This document shows, piece after piece, positions 1 through 16,270 of a DNA stretch of 64,000 nucleotides. The DNA lies in assembly GCF_009914755.1 (NCBI RefSeq), contig NC_060925.1, one strand, 5' to 3'. Both the position numbers and the translations under genes were made by a program. Source of the stretch: the human T2T-CHM13v2.0 reference genome, Homo sapiens. Position 1 is the first letter of the stretch. The number at the start of each line of letters is the position of its first letter. The notes beneath the pieces are model-generated. The model had not been told where the DNA came from and did not search any database. It saw only the letters and a list, made by a program, of their open reading frames with translations.

Positions 1-1302
1 GCGAAATTTTAAGTGAACTGTATATTAGACAATTATCAAGGACTACACGATTGTATGGCATCAACCTCAAATTCCCCGAACTTGAGCACTAGAGTCTTCT
101 TGTTCTGATGGAATATGTTCTGGAATGTTTAAGGGAGAGGAGAAGGATGCCTGCAACTGAATTTCAAATGGTTCAGGGAAAGATAATAGAGTAGAATAGA
201 CTATATAGATGGAGAAAGTAAATGTGGCAAATAACAATTGGTGAAGGTGGGTGAAGGTCATGAAAGTTCTTTGCCTTACAATTAATTCTTCTATAAGTCT
301 GAAATTATTTGAAAATAAGAGAAATGCTTTCAGCTGTGAATAACAGAAAGCCTGACTACTTGTGGCTTTTGCAATAAAGACATTTAGTTATGTAACATAA
401 CAGGATTTAAGAGGAAGAAGGCAAGGACTTGAAAAGGCTCAGTGATGTAGCTGAGGCCCCAGATTCCTTTTATCATTTTGTCCAAAGGCTCCACCTTCCT
501 GAATATTACTGCTTTATACCCTTGGAGCTTCATGATCACAGGATGGCTGTTATAGCTCCAGCCATCATGACCAAGTTCAGACTCCAGGAACAAGATGGAG
601 GAAGCTATGTCAAGGGGGGCTTTTCTTGATGTGTCTCTCGCCTTTAACCAGTGAAGAAAATCTTCTTAGAAGGACACAGCAGACTTCTCCTTATGTCTCA
701 TTATGCAGAAGTGGACCACAGGACAGTCCCTACTGTAAACTCTTTCAAGTATCAGGCAAAAAGGAACAAAAGGCCCCAGCCTGGCTTAAACCAACCTTGA
801 GTCATCACCTGACACTGGACACTTTGTTTATCCAAGCAAAATCAGGATTTTCTGTTAGCAAGCAAAGGAACTGCTCATGGGTAAGAAATTAACAGTGTGT
901 GCCATAATTCATATTTGTCGCCAAGCATCTTCTCAGGCTGACACTGTGCCAAACAAGGGATTATAGAGATGAAGATGCAGCTTCCATCCCTGAAAGCTCA
1001 CAGTCCATTCTCTCAGGGCAATCCCGGTAACCTCCTCATCACAATCATCCATCCAGATCATGGAAGTCCCTTTACTCCCCAAATAAGAAGGAGTAGCAGG
1101 AAAAAGTGACCTCATCAAGCTGACTCGAGTTTTTCCAAAAGCAAATAAATAAATAAATAACTTTTTAACCTGCACAGCCAAATATCAAATAAATACATGT
1201 GTGTTTTTTGGGGGGGTTGGGGGGTGTTTTTTTTTCTGAGCTTCCTGTGGTATTGAAACTATCTCCCACTTCCTCCTTTTTGTCTCAAAAGATCTTAAGC
1301 AT

Positions 1303-1610
1303 TGGGCCAGACACAGTGGCTCCTGCCTGTAATCCCAGTACTTTGGGAGGCTGAGGTGGGCAGATTGCTTTAGCCCAGGTGTTCGAGACGAGTCTGGGCA
1401 ACGTAAAAATAGCCCATCTCTAAAAAAATAAAATAAAATAAAATACAAAAATTAGCCAGGCATAGAGGTGGATGCATGTAGTTCCAGCTACCTGGGAGGC
1501 TGAGGTGGGAGGATCACTTGAGCCCCAGGGGTTGAGGCTGCAGTGAACCATGATCATCACATCTGGGCAACAGAGCAAGACCCTGTCTCAAAAAAAAAAA
1601 AAAAAAAAAT
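1303..1610 (+). mobile_element. AluJ
   Basis: Dimeric Alu with A tail and TSD aaa(g)atct(t)aagcat. Confidence 0.85.
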
Positions 1611-2385
1611 CTAAGCATCCATTCATTTTAGTTCATTTGAGGATAATTATTGATCTCCTCTTCTACCACCACTAGGGATACAGAGGAGGAGCAAACAGAC
1701 ATTATTCCTTTCTCTTGAGGCTCACAGTTAATTGGTAAAGAGGGACCACTATTCAGAAAGTCCCACACATCATTGTATGATCAAAAGCTATGACAGATGC
1801 AAGGAAGGAAAGCTGGATGGTGTTGTGAGGCTTCATGGCAGGGACACCAGACCTGGTCTAGAGGTGAGGGAAGACTTCCCTGAGGCACTGGCTTGAATGG
1901 AGAGCTGAAGGAGGAATAGGAATTCACTAGAAGAAAGAAGAGGAAGCAGCAAGTGCAAGGCCCTCCTGCAGCAGGAGAGAGCATAGCACATTCAAGGAAA
2001 AGAAGCCAGCAGTGTGGATTACAGAGGAAGAGTGCAGCACGAGGGCAGTGGCTTGAGATGAGGCCAGAGAGGAGGGCACGCAGGACCAAGGGGACCAAGG
2101 CAAGGATTTTGGTGTCCATCAAATTGGAGAGTGCTGAGCAGGGGAGGGGTAACCGTGTAATTGCCTTTCTCAAATGCCCGTTTTACCGTAGCAAGGATAG
2201 ACTGGTAGAAGCAAGGGATGAACTGGAGAGATGAGTGAGGAAGCTGCTCCAGAAGACCCATCAGGAGATGATGGTGACAGGGAATTGAGTGGTAGGAATG
2301 ACAATGGGAAGAGATGAGCGGAATCCAGGTATTTGTGGGTAGAAGTGGCAGGTGTGGCTACTTATTGGAGATGGGGCTGTAGAGC

Positions 2386-3005
2386 TGTGAAGGTGTGAGT
2401 CCTTTACTTATCCATCTTAAGGGTCACGGCCAACACTCCTATAACAAAAGACACATTAACAAGAGAAAAACAGAGCAAATTTATTTAATCCAAGTTTTAT
2501 GTGACATGGGAGGCTTCAGAAATGACAACCCAAAGGCCCAGGGAAAACTGTTAATTTTTATGCTTAGATTAGATGAAGAATGGACAGCCAGATAGAAATG
2601 TGATTGGACAAACGGGTATGACCTACTGGGAACAGACTGAAAGGGGACCCAGCAAAACTGTCTGCTCAGATTCTTCTCAGCCTCTCTGTGTAGCCTCCAT
2701 TCCTCCTGGGTATGGGGCGGGACCCTTTCTGAAATGAGAGTTTTCAAAGGAGAAGGAGAAGATAGAGAGTGACCTTTCTAGGTTTTATGGTTTGCTTTAG
2801 CAGGAGGGTTTCTAGGTTCTATGACCCATCTTGAGGAAGATAAATTCTGGTTTCTGTGACTCACTTTGGAGGATGAAGGCAAGCAGAAGAGAGGGTCTGA
2901 GGAGGTTGGAAAGACCTTGCTTCTGAGTTCCTTCCAATGTCCTTCAGTTCAAAATACTCAGGCTGAGGCACCACGCTTTGGGGTGTCATGTTCTAAGCCC
3001 CGACA
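2386..3005 (-). mobile_element. ERV1 solo LTR (MER34/MER39-like) inserted in an L2
   Basis: Minus-strand start tgtcggggcttagaacatgacaccccaaa; TG...CA termini; flanks (about 1620-2385 and 3030-3320) are L2-like. Confidence 0.6.
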
Positions 3006-3612
3006 GCATAAGGGCAGCGTTGAGACAGCCTTTGCAGCCTGGCCTGCATAATGGACAGACGCTAGTGCAATCCATAGGGTTGGAAATGTGGAGGGATAAC
3101 TGAATGGCGATGCCGGGAGCCTTGAGTTCAGTGTTGGACACATTGAGTGTAAAGTGCCTTTGAGACACCCAAGTAGGCTGTTGGAAATAACCAGCCTGGA
3201 GCTGAGAGGTCAGGTTGAAAAGCAGTGTCTGGACGGCAGGTGGGCCCTTGGCCATGAATTAGACCACCAAGGAGAGCAAAGTGAGAAGTCAAGAGGACCT
3301 AGTAGGGCCCCTGAAAACTCCAAATGGCCAAGAAGAGGCAAAGAGCTACAAACAATCCTGAGAGGGGGCCGAGGGCAGAGCCACCTGGAGGGAATGTTCA
3401 TCAAAGTCACACCCTGCCCCTGCATCCGCCCCTCACTCTGCACATGGGAACTCAAGAAGCCAAGGGGCTTGCTCTGTACCCGGGTCACCCAGCTTCATCC
3501 TGGGCAAAATGAGATCACAGTCCCCGACTCTCATTTGCCCTCTTTTCTGCTTTTGTTTTTTGTTTTTTTTTTCTTTTATGCTCTTTTTCATTTTTTTCTG
3601 GGTACACATTAG

Positions 3613-4023
<411 letters not shown>

Positions 4024-4419
4024 ACATTTATCCTTTCTAATACCAACAATCTAATTACAGTCTTTTAGTTATTTGTAAATGTACAATTATTAATGACTAC
4101 AGTCATCCTGCTGTGTGATCAAACAGTATATCTTATTCATTCTTTCTAACATCATCCCCACCTGCCCTCAGCCCCCCACTCCTCTTCCCAGCCTCTGGTA
4201 ACCACCTTTCTGCTCTCTAGCTCCATGAGTTGAACTGTTTTGATTTTTAGATCCCACAAATCAGTGAGAACACGCAATGTGTGTCTTTCTGTGCCTGGCT
4301 TGTTTCACTTAACATAATGACCTCCCATTCCATCCATACCATTTTCTGCTTTTGTACAAGGCATCAAGGCATAAAAAGCAGGGCAATGGGACTCAATGGA
4401 TTTTCCACGCTGCTCTAAC

Positions 4420-4857
4420 ACACTACTGCAAACCTGGCAGCTTCAAACAACACAGATGTATTCTCTCATAGTTCTGGAGGTCACAAATCCAAAACGAGTC
4501 TTCCTGGACTAAAACTGAGGTGTTGCCAGGACCCTTGGTAAAAGCCCTAGAGGAGAATCCATTCCTTGCCTCTTTGGTGGCTGCTGGCATTGTGAATTGT
4601 GGGCACATCACTCCAATCTCTGCCTCCACGGTAGCATCACCTTCTCTTCTGTAGTCGAATCTCCTCTGCCTCCCTCTTCATCTATAAGGACACTTTGTGA
4701 TTACATTGCGTATCCACACAGATAACCCACGATAGTCTCCCCGTCGCAAATCTTTGAAGTAATCTCATCCACAGAGTCTCTTCTGCCAACATCCCATTCA
4801 CTAGTTCTGGAGGTTAGGACGTGGACATCTTTGGGGGTTATCATTCCCCCTTTCACA
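4420..4857 (-). mobile_element. MaLR LTR (MLT1-type)
   Basis: tattctctcatagttctggagg...tataaggacactttgtgattacatt...ggttaggacgtggacatctttgggg. Confidence 0.7.
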
Positions 4858-5889
4858 GGCTATCTGGGCTGTATACAGAACCAGAGATCTGAGAATCATC
4901 TTGGCGGCCTCACTCTGTGAGCAGAGAAACGTGTCTGTGCTCAGCAGCAATCCCTGGAGGCAGAGACTGGAAATTACACCTGCAACCGTAGTAAGAGCTT
5001 GCCAGGGGCCGGAATGGGTGCCATAACTAGAGCTGTACAGGCATCCACCTCAATTCTCTCAGCGGCCCTTTGAGGTCGCTCTCTTACTGCCACCAAGGTG
5101 CAGGGTGGTGAAGTTAACTCAGAGCAGAGACCTGGCCTCGAAGCCTCGTCTCCCTGGGGAACAACCAATCAGCAGGAATCTGAACACAAGCACGAGAGGC
5201 AATCCGAGCCCTTCCCCAAAGCCTCACTCTTCATTCACTCTGGCTGGAATCCTGCCCTCCCTTCAGGGCCAAGCTTAGGGAACAAGGAGCAACCAGATCC
5301 TACCTCCAAGGACAGAGCCCTTACATATTTCTGCAATCTGTCTGCAGCTGATGGTCTGAATGAGCATCGTGTCATCACAGCACTTGTAAATTTTGGAGGG
5401 GCTCCTCCACACTGAGGGAATATGCTTGTTCAGGGAAGGGCACACTCCCCCATTTCTCCCGGAACCACACTTCTGCCGTGGGACCCTGAGAACACAAGGG
5501 CCCTCCCCTTGCCCTGTTGCTTCATGTGGCTTAGTCTTGCTTAACAAACATGCTAGGTGTGGAGGCTGAGGCCTACATGTAGTGTTGAGGGCAAGCAGGG
5601 ACTGCCTGGAAATGCTGAAAGCATTCTCTTAAAGTGAGGCCTTCCCATCATGATTGCTAGGCCCATGATGAGAAGATATTGCAGGAAAGCACGACCTGGA
5701 CCATAGAAAGGGCAGATCAATGTGTGGGCCTTTATGTGCTTATCCCTCCCACCACCCTGCTGCAGACCCCACCCACACTCAAGCTTAGCCCCTGTGGCTT
5801 GGAACCCAAGGACGCTTCTGAGCTGAGGCAGACTTCAGGGAGTACTAGTTAGGATAGGTCAGCTGCAAGTAACAAACAAACAAACAAAA

Positions 5890-6100
5890 TACGCAGCAAA
5901 CTCTGGCCCTCAGGGCCAAATTCAGCCCACCATCTATTTTTATAAATAAAGTTTTATTGGAACATAGGTGTACCCATTCATTTACACATTGTCTATGGTT
6001 GTTTTTAGGGTTGTAGTGCCAACAGAGATCTCATGGCCCACACAGAGCCTAAAATGTTTTCCATGTGGCCCTTTATGGAAAAAGTTTGCCCACCCCTGGC
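5890..6100. mobile_element. MER58-type hAT element (second fragment about 6417-6625)
   Basis: gcaaactctggccc...gggccaaattcagccc...aataaagttttattggaaca...ggccctttatggaaaaagtttgcccacccctg. Confidence 0.65.
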
Positions 6101-6497
6101 TTGAACAATGACAACATTGAATTATCTGCCATCACAAGAACTCCAGAGGAAGGTGGCTCCAGGGTCACACGAAGGCTCAGCAAAGTCCTCGAGGCCCCAG
6201 GCTCCTGTTCCCTCCTTGGCAGGTTGGCCTTTCTTCTTGGGCTGGTTTCTTCATGGTCACAAGCCGGCTGCCACAGTTCCAGGCTTGACTGCCTCTCAGA
6301 AGCACATTCAGGCCAGGAGGAAGGGCAGGCTTCCTCCTCACCTCTTCTTATTTAGGGATCAAAAATCCCTCCAGGGCGGTGCAGCAGAGGTCCCTTACCT
6401 CTCAGTGTTTAGACCAGAGGTCAGTAAGCATTTCCTATAAAGGACCAGATAGTGAGTATTTTAGGCTTGTCAGGTCACATATGATCTCTGCAGCATA

Positions 6498-6500
<3 letters not shown>

Positions 6501-6565
<65 letters not shown>
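6501..6565. repeat. (TG)n(AG)n compound microsatellite
   Basis: Directly visible. Confidence 0.95.
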
Positions 6566-7645
6566 TGACCCTTTAAAAATGTACACTCCATTCTTCTCAT
6601 GAGCCATAGTTTGTCAACGCCTGGTCTGGCACTCTTCACATGCCCTCTCCGTGCCCATCTCCAGCAAAGGATAGCGAGCTTACCCTTGCTATCAAAGGTG
6701 CTTGGCTTAGACCAATCACCCAAAACTGATGTTTCAGAGATGCCTGCTGGAGGAGTGTAGGCAGATATTACTGATGTCAGAAAAACAGTTTGAGCGCCAC
6801 TTCCTTCTCTGGCAGGAAGGAGTGATTGGCTGCTGGTCCTGCCCTGTCCGAGGAGGAGGACGGAACCCACCCACCAAGCTGTGGAGAGGTGGACCCCACA
6901 AATCCCCTCGCAAGCCACGTCTGAGAGCGAGCAGAGGGAAGAAACTCAAGCGTTTGTAGTCCTCTTTCTTAACAACCAGGCTTAAAGCGCCATCTTGTGT
7001 CTTGAAGGCAGAAGGAGATCAGGATGTGTGTGCTAGAAGCAGGCAGAGGATCTTCACCAATGTCTCAAAAACTAGAGAAGGAAACATGGCGATCCTCAAG
7101 GCCCGCGGCGGCCCCAGCCCTTCCCGCACCCTGCGATAGTCTGGTGTTGGGAGGGTGGCCCACGTGTCCAAGCAACCACATCAGGGAGGTTCTGGGAGAG
7201 GAGAAGGCAAAGCTCATGCCCTCATGAGGCAGGCAGTCCCATCCAGGACTGGACTGGATGAGCACCAATAAATAAGAAAACACAGCTGGCAGCTGACTGT
7301 GAAGGGTCTGGACAGGGTGCCGAAGTGAAGCGTAATGAGCTGGATAGTGAGGACCTCACTACAGAGGGACATCTATCTACACACAGCCTGAAGGGTGAGA
7401 AAGATGGATCCTTGCCCTGAGCCAGAAGTGCACACCCCAGAGAGAGCAGCTCCTGCGGAGGTCCTGTGGGGCAGGCATGGTAGGAATATTAAAGAGAAGA
7501 AGCCAGGTGTGGCTGCAGCCATGCAGGAGGAAGGGCGATGGGGTTGGGGAGGCAGAGGATGGGACTGGCATGAGAAGATGGAGATGCAGAGCCCAGATCG
7601 TGATAGCCCCAATAGTCCACGGGTAGGAGTTTGTATTTTCTACTA

Positions 7646-8057
<412 letters not shown>

Positions 8058-9394
8058 TTACTAACATTGCTAAAACCACCATCATGCCAGAATTACCCTC
8101 CCATTTGTGGGTTAAAACACTGCACCCATCTGTCCCTCCCCAGAGTCCTCTTAGTGGCTGCTCTTAGGAGGAACTAACATGGACTACATTCCCCCATCAC
8201 ACCCAGCACAAGTGCCCTCCCAGCCTCCCCCACCCAACTCAGTCCCATTCACACGCGGCATGCCAGGGACTCTCCCATCAGGGGAACACCCTGTAACTCC
8301 CAAGTTCCTCCAAAGCCTCTTGAGAGGGACCATGGTGCCCTGCAGGGAGTGGGTCCTGGTGGGTCCAGTGGAGGGAACGTCCTTGCTGAAACTGGCTGGG
8401 TCTTAGCCGGGAAGTGGTGACAGGTATCTCTCACATACGCTACGGGAACCCAGCGCAGCCAATGGAGTCCAATCAGCACACCTTGCGCCCACCCCTTCGT
8501 TTGGTAACTTGAGGCCACTGCCCACCCGCCAGGTACCCTCTCTCAAGCGTGCCCTGAAGTTCAGGGAAAGACGCCAGCACCCCCTGCTGGTTGCGCTCTC
8601 CCATAGCAGGGCTCACATTTTGGGAGAAAGAAATCAGCTGTTAGCAGCTTTCGTTCTTCACCATGTTAAGCAAAGCACAACATTTTATAACTGGGTGAAA
8701 AGCCAGATATTCTGTCAGCTGATTTGATTGTTCTGTACGCATATCCCTAAGCCATTGTTTGACGGATATTTTTACTGAGTTGACTTTCTTCATAAGATGG
8801 TAGGACTAATGAAGAGAAAAGGCAATGGAGTTTTTAAAACCAGCGTGATGAACCAAATGCTGCCACTGACTAGCTATGTACATGTAATCCAAAGGTTCCC
8901 TCCGTTGAAACAAAATAACAGTGCTTACCTAACCAGGTCAGCTGTGAGCTGGGACTTCACAGACAGGCATAGAGAGACATGGATGCAGGAAGGGCTTCCT
9001 TAGCTGAGAGGGTCGTGAAACTGGAAGGTAGTAGCAAGCATTTTCCAGTTGGATCTTTTGGCCGACATCTGTAGTGGGGAGACAAACATGTCTAATTTTC
9101 CCCCCACCCCGGCACATGGGCAGGTAGGAAGATGCTGGTGGGTTTGGTTCGACAGTTTGGAGAATGTCTTGTGGAAGGGGTGCTTTTTTTAATGCACACT
9201 CAGGCACCATGGGAGCCTGTTGTCACCCTGGATATCTAGCTCCATGCCCTTGCCCTTTCACTCTGCCTCGACAAGAGTCATGGCACCCAAAATACATGAG
9301 TTCAAATCTGAGTTTCACAGGCTCAGGGAGGAACCCAAGCTACCAAATGCACAGGCCCCTCCTGTATACGGTTACAGCAGGTAAGGGAGTAACT

Positions 9395-9757
9395 TACTCA
9401 GTGCAAGCTGCTGTAACAAAATAGCACAAGCTGGGTGGCTAATCAACAACAGGCATTTATTTCTCACAGGTCTGGAGGCTGGAAGCCCAAGATCAGGGTG
9501 CCAGTGCTGGCATGGTTGGGTTCTGGTGAGGGCCCTCTTCCAGGTCACAGACAGCTGTCTTCTCATTGCATCCTCACATGACAGAAAAGAAGTGCACAAG
9601 CTCTCTGGCCCCCTCTTACAGGCGCTAATCCCATTCACAACGGTCCTACCATCATGACCTCATTACCTCCCAAAGACCCCACCTCCAAATACCACCACAT
9701 TGGCATTAAGCTTCAACATATGAATTTAAGGGGGAAACAAACATCCAGTCCATTGCA
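9395..9757 (-). mobile_element. MaLR LTR (MST/MLT1A-type)
   Basis: ctgctgtaacaaaatagcac...tttatttctcacag...tctggaggctggaag...acaaacatccagtccattgca. Confidence 0.7.
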
Positions 9758-11787
9758 GATTGTTCTGATAATATGTGTGCCCAGGGCATTGCCCCCACAG
9801 CAAAGAGCGACATTGGAAGGCAAACCAATGTCAGGTTTCCTAATGTGCACGGAGTCATCCCTGGAAGAGTGAGTCCGGTGATCTTACCAGCTAATTGCAT
9901 TGAGCTACTCCACCTTGGGGATCTACCTGCCAAGGAGAACAGAACACCACTGGCTTTGACACCCATCTCTCAACAATGATGGAAGAATGCTGGAAATTTA
10001 CCTGCTCTGGTAGCTCTCTCTAAGTTCATCTTCCTTGTATGGACTTTCTTTTTTTATTGCTCTCAAATACTTGTATTATTAAATATCTCATTTAAAATTT
10101 CTTTAAAATACATTAAAAGTACATTTAAAGAGTACATTTTAAGAGTGCAGATGAAAACATAATGAATACATCTTTGCTTAGGAAAAAATATTTCGGACAC
10201 AGCATGAACTCAGTTGCTGGTTCCAAGCCCCTCCCCTTCTCACTACACTGAACTTGGCATGCATTCTTTCTTCAGGTGTGTTTGTAATCTTACTACATAT
10301 GGACATATCCCCCAGCAATATCAGGGATTGTTTTGCTTGTTCCTAGACATCATATAAATGGTATCATACCAATTATACCCCTACACTACTTAATGTTTCA
10401 TTCAACATTGTTTTGGGGGACTATCCATGTTGATACATGAATTCTGTTGTGTTCATTTTTTCCTCTTGTGAAATAGTCCATTATGGAAATTGTCCCTAGT
10501 GTGTCTATCTGCACTCCTAATTGACAGGCATTTAGGCTGTTTTCCATTTTCCTAATTACAATTATGCTGAGTGAACATTCCTGAACACAGGTGTGAGGCT
10601 GTCTCTGGAGCACATGCCAGGGAACAGAATTCTTAGGTTGTAAGGAATGTGTACCTCCAGCCTTAGTCAATATTGCCAATTGCTGTCCTATCTGATTTTA
10701 TTCATTTACGCTCCCACTAGCAGTATATATGAGTCTTTCTTTCACTTCTTGCCAACTCTTGCCAATCTAATGAATGGGAAGTGGTAACTCATTATTATTT
10801 CAATTTGTATTCCCTGAGACCTTAACACTTGTGTATTGCACATTCTGGTTCCTCTTTGGCAAATTGCCTTGGCATTAAGATAGTAAATTTTCCTTGCCAC
10901 CTACGCTGGTTGAGTCAGGATGCTTAATTACTTGGAGGTAAAAAGCACCTGGCTGAAATAGCCATCCCTGAGGCTGCCTGTTGAGGATAGGAGATGCTTC
11001 ATCCATCTTTAGATCCTTTCTTGGAAACGCTGAGCCTGGCCAGCCATGCAGGCTTTTCCAAGCTCTGATGCTGCCCTGTGTCCACAATAGCATCCCCACA
11101 GCCTGGATCCATCATTCCCAGCATTATGATAGCTCCTTTGTCTCCTTGGAAGAGCCCAAAACCCACAGCTGAGGCCTCAGGGCTTTTCTAATGTGCTTAG
11201 AACAGGGGTAAAGGTAATGCCAACCAAAATGGGGAAACCTGTATTCCTGCTCAGTCACTGCTTAGTCAGCATAAATCACTCCAGAGGATAGTTTCTGACC
11301 TCAAAGACTGAGTTACAAAGATGATCACCATAGCATTGTTTACAGTAGCACCAAAAAAAGGAACCACCTAAATATCTCTAAATGTCCAACATCACCGTTT
11401 GAAAAAATAAAGAATGGTACATCCTTCCATGGAATGTACCTTAAATCCACCCAAAATCATACTGCATATGGATATGCAATGTCAAGGAAACTTACTCAGG
11501 AGTCCTAGCTTGGGGTCCATGGACGTCCAAGGAGATGCTTATCAAAGGGAGTTGGCACCCCCTGAGATGCTCATGAAAGTGCAGACTTCCGGGCCCCCCT
11601 CCAGACTGAATCTGCACTTCCAGCTTGGAGGGCAGGAATCCTAACAAGTTCCCCAGATGAGTCTCAGGCACACTAAAGCCAGAGCATCGATGCCTGGGAC
11701 CCAAAATAGGGAAGAAGCACTCTGGTGTATCAAGAGGAAAAAAGCAAGTTACATACAAACGCAGTATACATAAAAACACCGCCTTCA

Positions 11788-12476
<689 letters not shown>

Positions 12477-14345
12477 TGTGTGTGTGTACTAATAGCTACC
12501 TAGATAACAATACTTAACAGCAATTACCTCTAGATTACCTCAGCACCATTGACAATCAGCCCAAAGACTTTGTGGTGGGGCTGTCCTGTGTGTTGTAGGG
12601 TGTTAGCAGTATCCCTGGGTGCAGTAGTGTAACAATCAAAAATGTGTTTGGTAGCACAAAAGTACAACTATAGTTAACAACAATTTATTGTATATTTTAG
12701 AGTAACTAACATAGTGAAATTAGAATGTTCCTAACACACAAAAAAGATACATACCTGAGGGTATGAATATCTGTCACCCTGATTTGATTATTATTTATTA
12801 TATGTTTATATCAAAATATCACATGTACCCTGTAAGTATGTATAAATATTATGTATAATTTAGATTTATTTTAATTTTAATAAAAAATAAATATTAAAAA
12901 ATGTCTTCAGATATTGCTAAATGTCCCCTCAAGGAACAAGGTCCCCAGTTGGAGAACCGATTCTCTAGATGGGACATGTATAGATGATGCTTTCCTTTGT
13001 TTTTTAGTATATATGCCTATTTTTTAGTTTTTTCTAAAATAAGTGTACTTTAGTCATGTTAAAAAAAAACTTTGTATTTATTACTGTCCCATTGCCTGCA
13101 CTGTCTGAAAAAAAATACACTCAAATGAAAAGATACATTAATACTTACATTAAGAAAATTAATTTTATTATTATTTTAAAATAGCTGTGGAAAAACTATA
13201 CAAAGGCCTCCCAAATGTCAATATTCCTTAGGCACCTTTGAAATATTTCTAAACTTAATCTTTGGACTAGGCATCCTAATTGTAATTCCATATCTTAAAG
13301 AAACAATTCTAAATATAGGAAATGCTTCACAAATATGGTTGATTTTTGCAGAGTTACCTATAAAAGCAAAAAGTTATAAACACTGTAAAACCAACCATAG
13401 GAAACTATGTTAATTAAGGTACATTCACTTGATAGACTATCATACAGCATTAAAATGATATTTATAAAGAACTTATAACAATATGGGGGCAAGGTTTATG
13501 CCATATTGTTAAGTAGGAAAATAACTGAATACAAAATCAAATATGTTACATCACCATTCAAAGGTATAATAATGACAATAAAAAGAATCTCATCAACATG
13601 GTCGGAAGAAATACACCAAGATATTAAAAGTAATTGTTAATTGAACAATGGCATCGTAGGTGACTTTTTCTCTCTACTTTTCTGAAATATCCAAATTTTT
13701 TACAATAAACATGTGTGTATTTACAGTGAAAGAGAGAACAGTGAAATTTCTTTTTAAAAATACTTGAAAATGATCACAAAAATGTGCCAACATTTCAGGT
13801 AAGAAATGTGTTTTTATATGGGTCTGTATACAAATTTCTATCCAGCTGATAAAAATAACTTCAAGAAATTAAACCTATTCAGAAACAATAGTGATTGTGT
13901 CTAAATTCATAGGCTTTGAGAAGGATAAATTTTTAAAGTATAAATTACTATGCAGGTGGTCAGGAAAAGGTTGTATGGAGTCACATGATAAATGACACAA
14001 AGAAAATGCTTTTTATGAAAAACAAACTGGATAGATTGTTTCCCAAGCCAGAATCACATTCTTCTAAATCATTTAGAAGGCAATAAAATAATTTGGGCTT
14101 GATTAGCATTTAACTAACCAAGGACAGATTCCAGCCACCTTATGGATTTTGATCTAACTTGTTTACATTCATCAGGGGTGATGGGCAGTTCCAGCCCACA
14201 GGAAGCACAATCTTTGCAGACAAAAGGTGGCCCTTCTCATGTTTGTCAGGCAATATTTGTCCAACCTGGCCATTCCCAGTTGGCTCCAATGAACTCTTGT
14301 TAGCTCACTCTTGTTAGTCACTTGTTAGTCTCTTGTGGACCCAGA

Positions 14346-14516
14346 CTATATCTTACAATAGACCTCAAAGAGGGAGGCAGCTGCGTGCATTGCATAGAAA
14401 ATAGAAAAAGCCATGGCCAGGTTGACCACAATTATCCAGGGTTCAAAGCCAAAGACAATCTCCTCCAATCCATTGTCATACTCAGGTCGACAGCCAAAAG
14501 CGGGAGGTATCCAAAG
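14346..14516 (-). pseudogene. OTOP1: OTOP1-like last coding exon 6 (171 nt including TAG)
   Basis: tctcttgcag|CTT TGG ATA CCT; LWIPPAFGCRPEYDNGLEEIVFGFEPWIIVVNLAMAFSIFYAMHAAASLFEVYCKI*. Confidence 0.94.
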
Positions 14517-15050
14517 CTGCAAGAGAAGAGAAAATGGCCTGTGGTGGGGAGCAGCTTCCAAGCCACCACGGAGGCCCCACTCAAGTCCCAGGCCTCATGG
14601 GAGCTGACCCTGATGCACGGGGACTGAGTCACCCCTGACAGAACAATAAGGAGACCTCGTGGCATTTCCCATCTCCACAGAAACCACCAAATCCATGTCT
14701 GCCATGATCCTGCTCACTTCCTCACCCACCCTTCCCTGCAATCCATCCCTAATGAGTGCTCTTTGAACCCATCCAACTCTCTCCATCTCTACAGCCCTCG
14801 CCCAGCCTCAGTTTCCTCATTTGAAAGATGGGAATTCTAACACGTGTCTGAGAGGGCTTAGATGAGAATTAAGTTTGCAAAACTGAAAGCAGTGACTTTT
14901 GTTTGTGTTGCTCACAGAACCTACACACTGTTCCCTGCTTCTCAGGCTCTTCTCTGTCCCAGTTCTCTCCCTTTCTGCCACCCCTTGAGTTGTCAGGCTC
15001 CTCACTCCCGCTTCAGGCTGCACCCTTCTTCAGCTTCCTCCACTCCCTGG

Positions 15051-15614
15051 CTGTGGCAGGCAGCCTCTAGGATGACCCTCAATGATCCCCAGCTCCTGCA
15101 GTCACCCTCTTGTGGAGTCCCCACCCCTTTAGTGTGGGATGCACCTAATGACTCACTTCCAACTCACAAAATATGGCAAAAGACACAGGAAGTCACCTCT
15201 GAAATTAGGTTGCAAAAGGACCTGCTATCCCTCTTGCTCATCTTCTCCTGAAAGACAGGTGGCAGAGCTGCCATGCTGCGAAGCACCCTATGCGGCAAGG
15301 GGCCCAGGGAGTACCCCTGTCAACAGCCAGCAAGGAACTCAGACCCTCAGCCCAACAAGCCACAGCTGAATCCTGCCAACAGTCACATGAGTAGATTTGG
15401 AAACAAATCCTCTGCCACCTCTCGGAAAGTCAAGCCTTGAAATGAATGCAGCCCCAGCCAACAGTTTCAGCCTGGGAATGGCCCTGTGCAGAGATACTCA
15501 GCTAAAACTGTAGTTGGAGTCATAAGTCAGAGAAACTATGAAATCATAAATGTACATTGTTTTAAGTTGCTGAGTATTGGGGTGGTCTCTTCCATAGCAA
15601 TAGGTAACTGAGAC
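15051..15614 (+). mobile_element. MaLR LTR (MLT1F/H-type); a related copy lies at about 17520-18035
   Basis: tgtggcaggcagcctctaggatgacc...ataaatgtacattgttttaagttgctgag...atagcaataggtaactgagaca. Confidence 0.65.
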
Positions 15615-15661
15615 ACATAGCCTTCATTTGTATCTCCATACAGAACACTCCCTGGTATATA

Positions 15662-16270
<609 letters not shown>

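Noticed and set aside
8440-8490. Paired CCAAT boxes suggesting a promoter
   Set aside because: No CpG island or associated exon; may be an old LTR remnant.
14322-14627. 101-aa plus-strand ORF (likewise 22700..23038 and 22795..23157)
   Set aside because: Antisense shadows of OTOP1-like exons.
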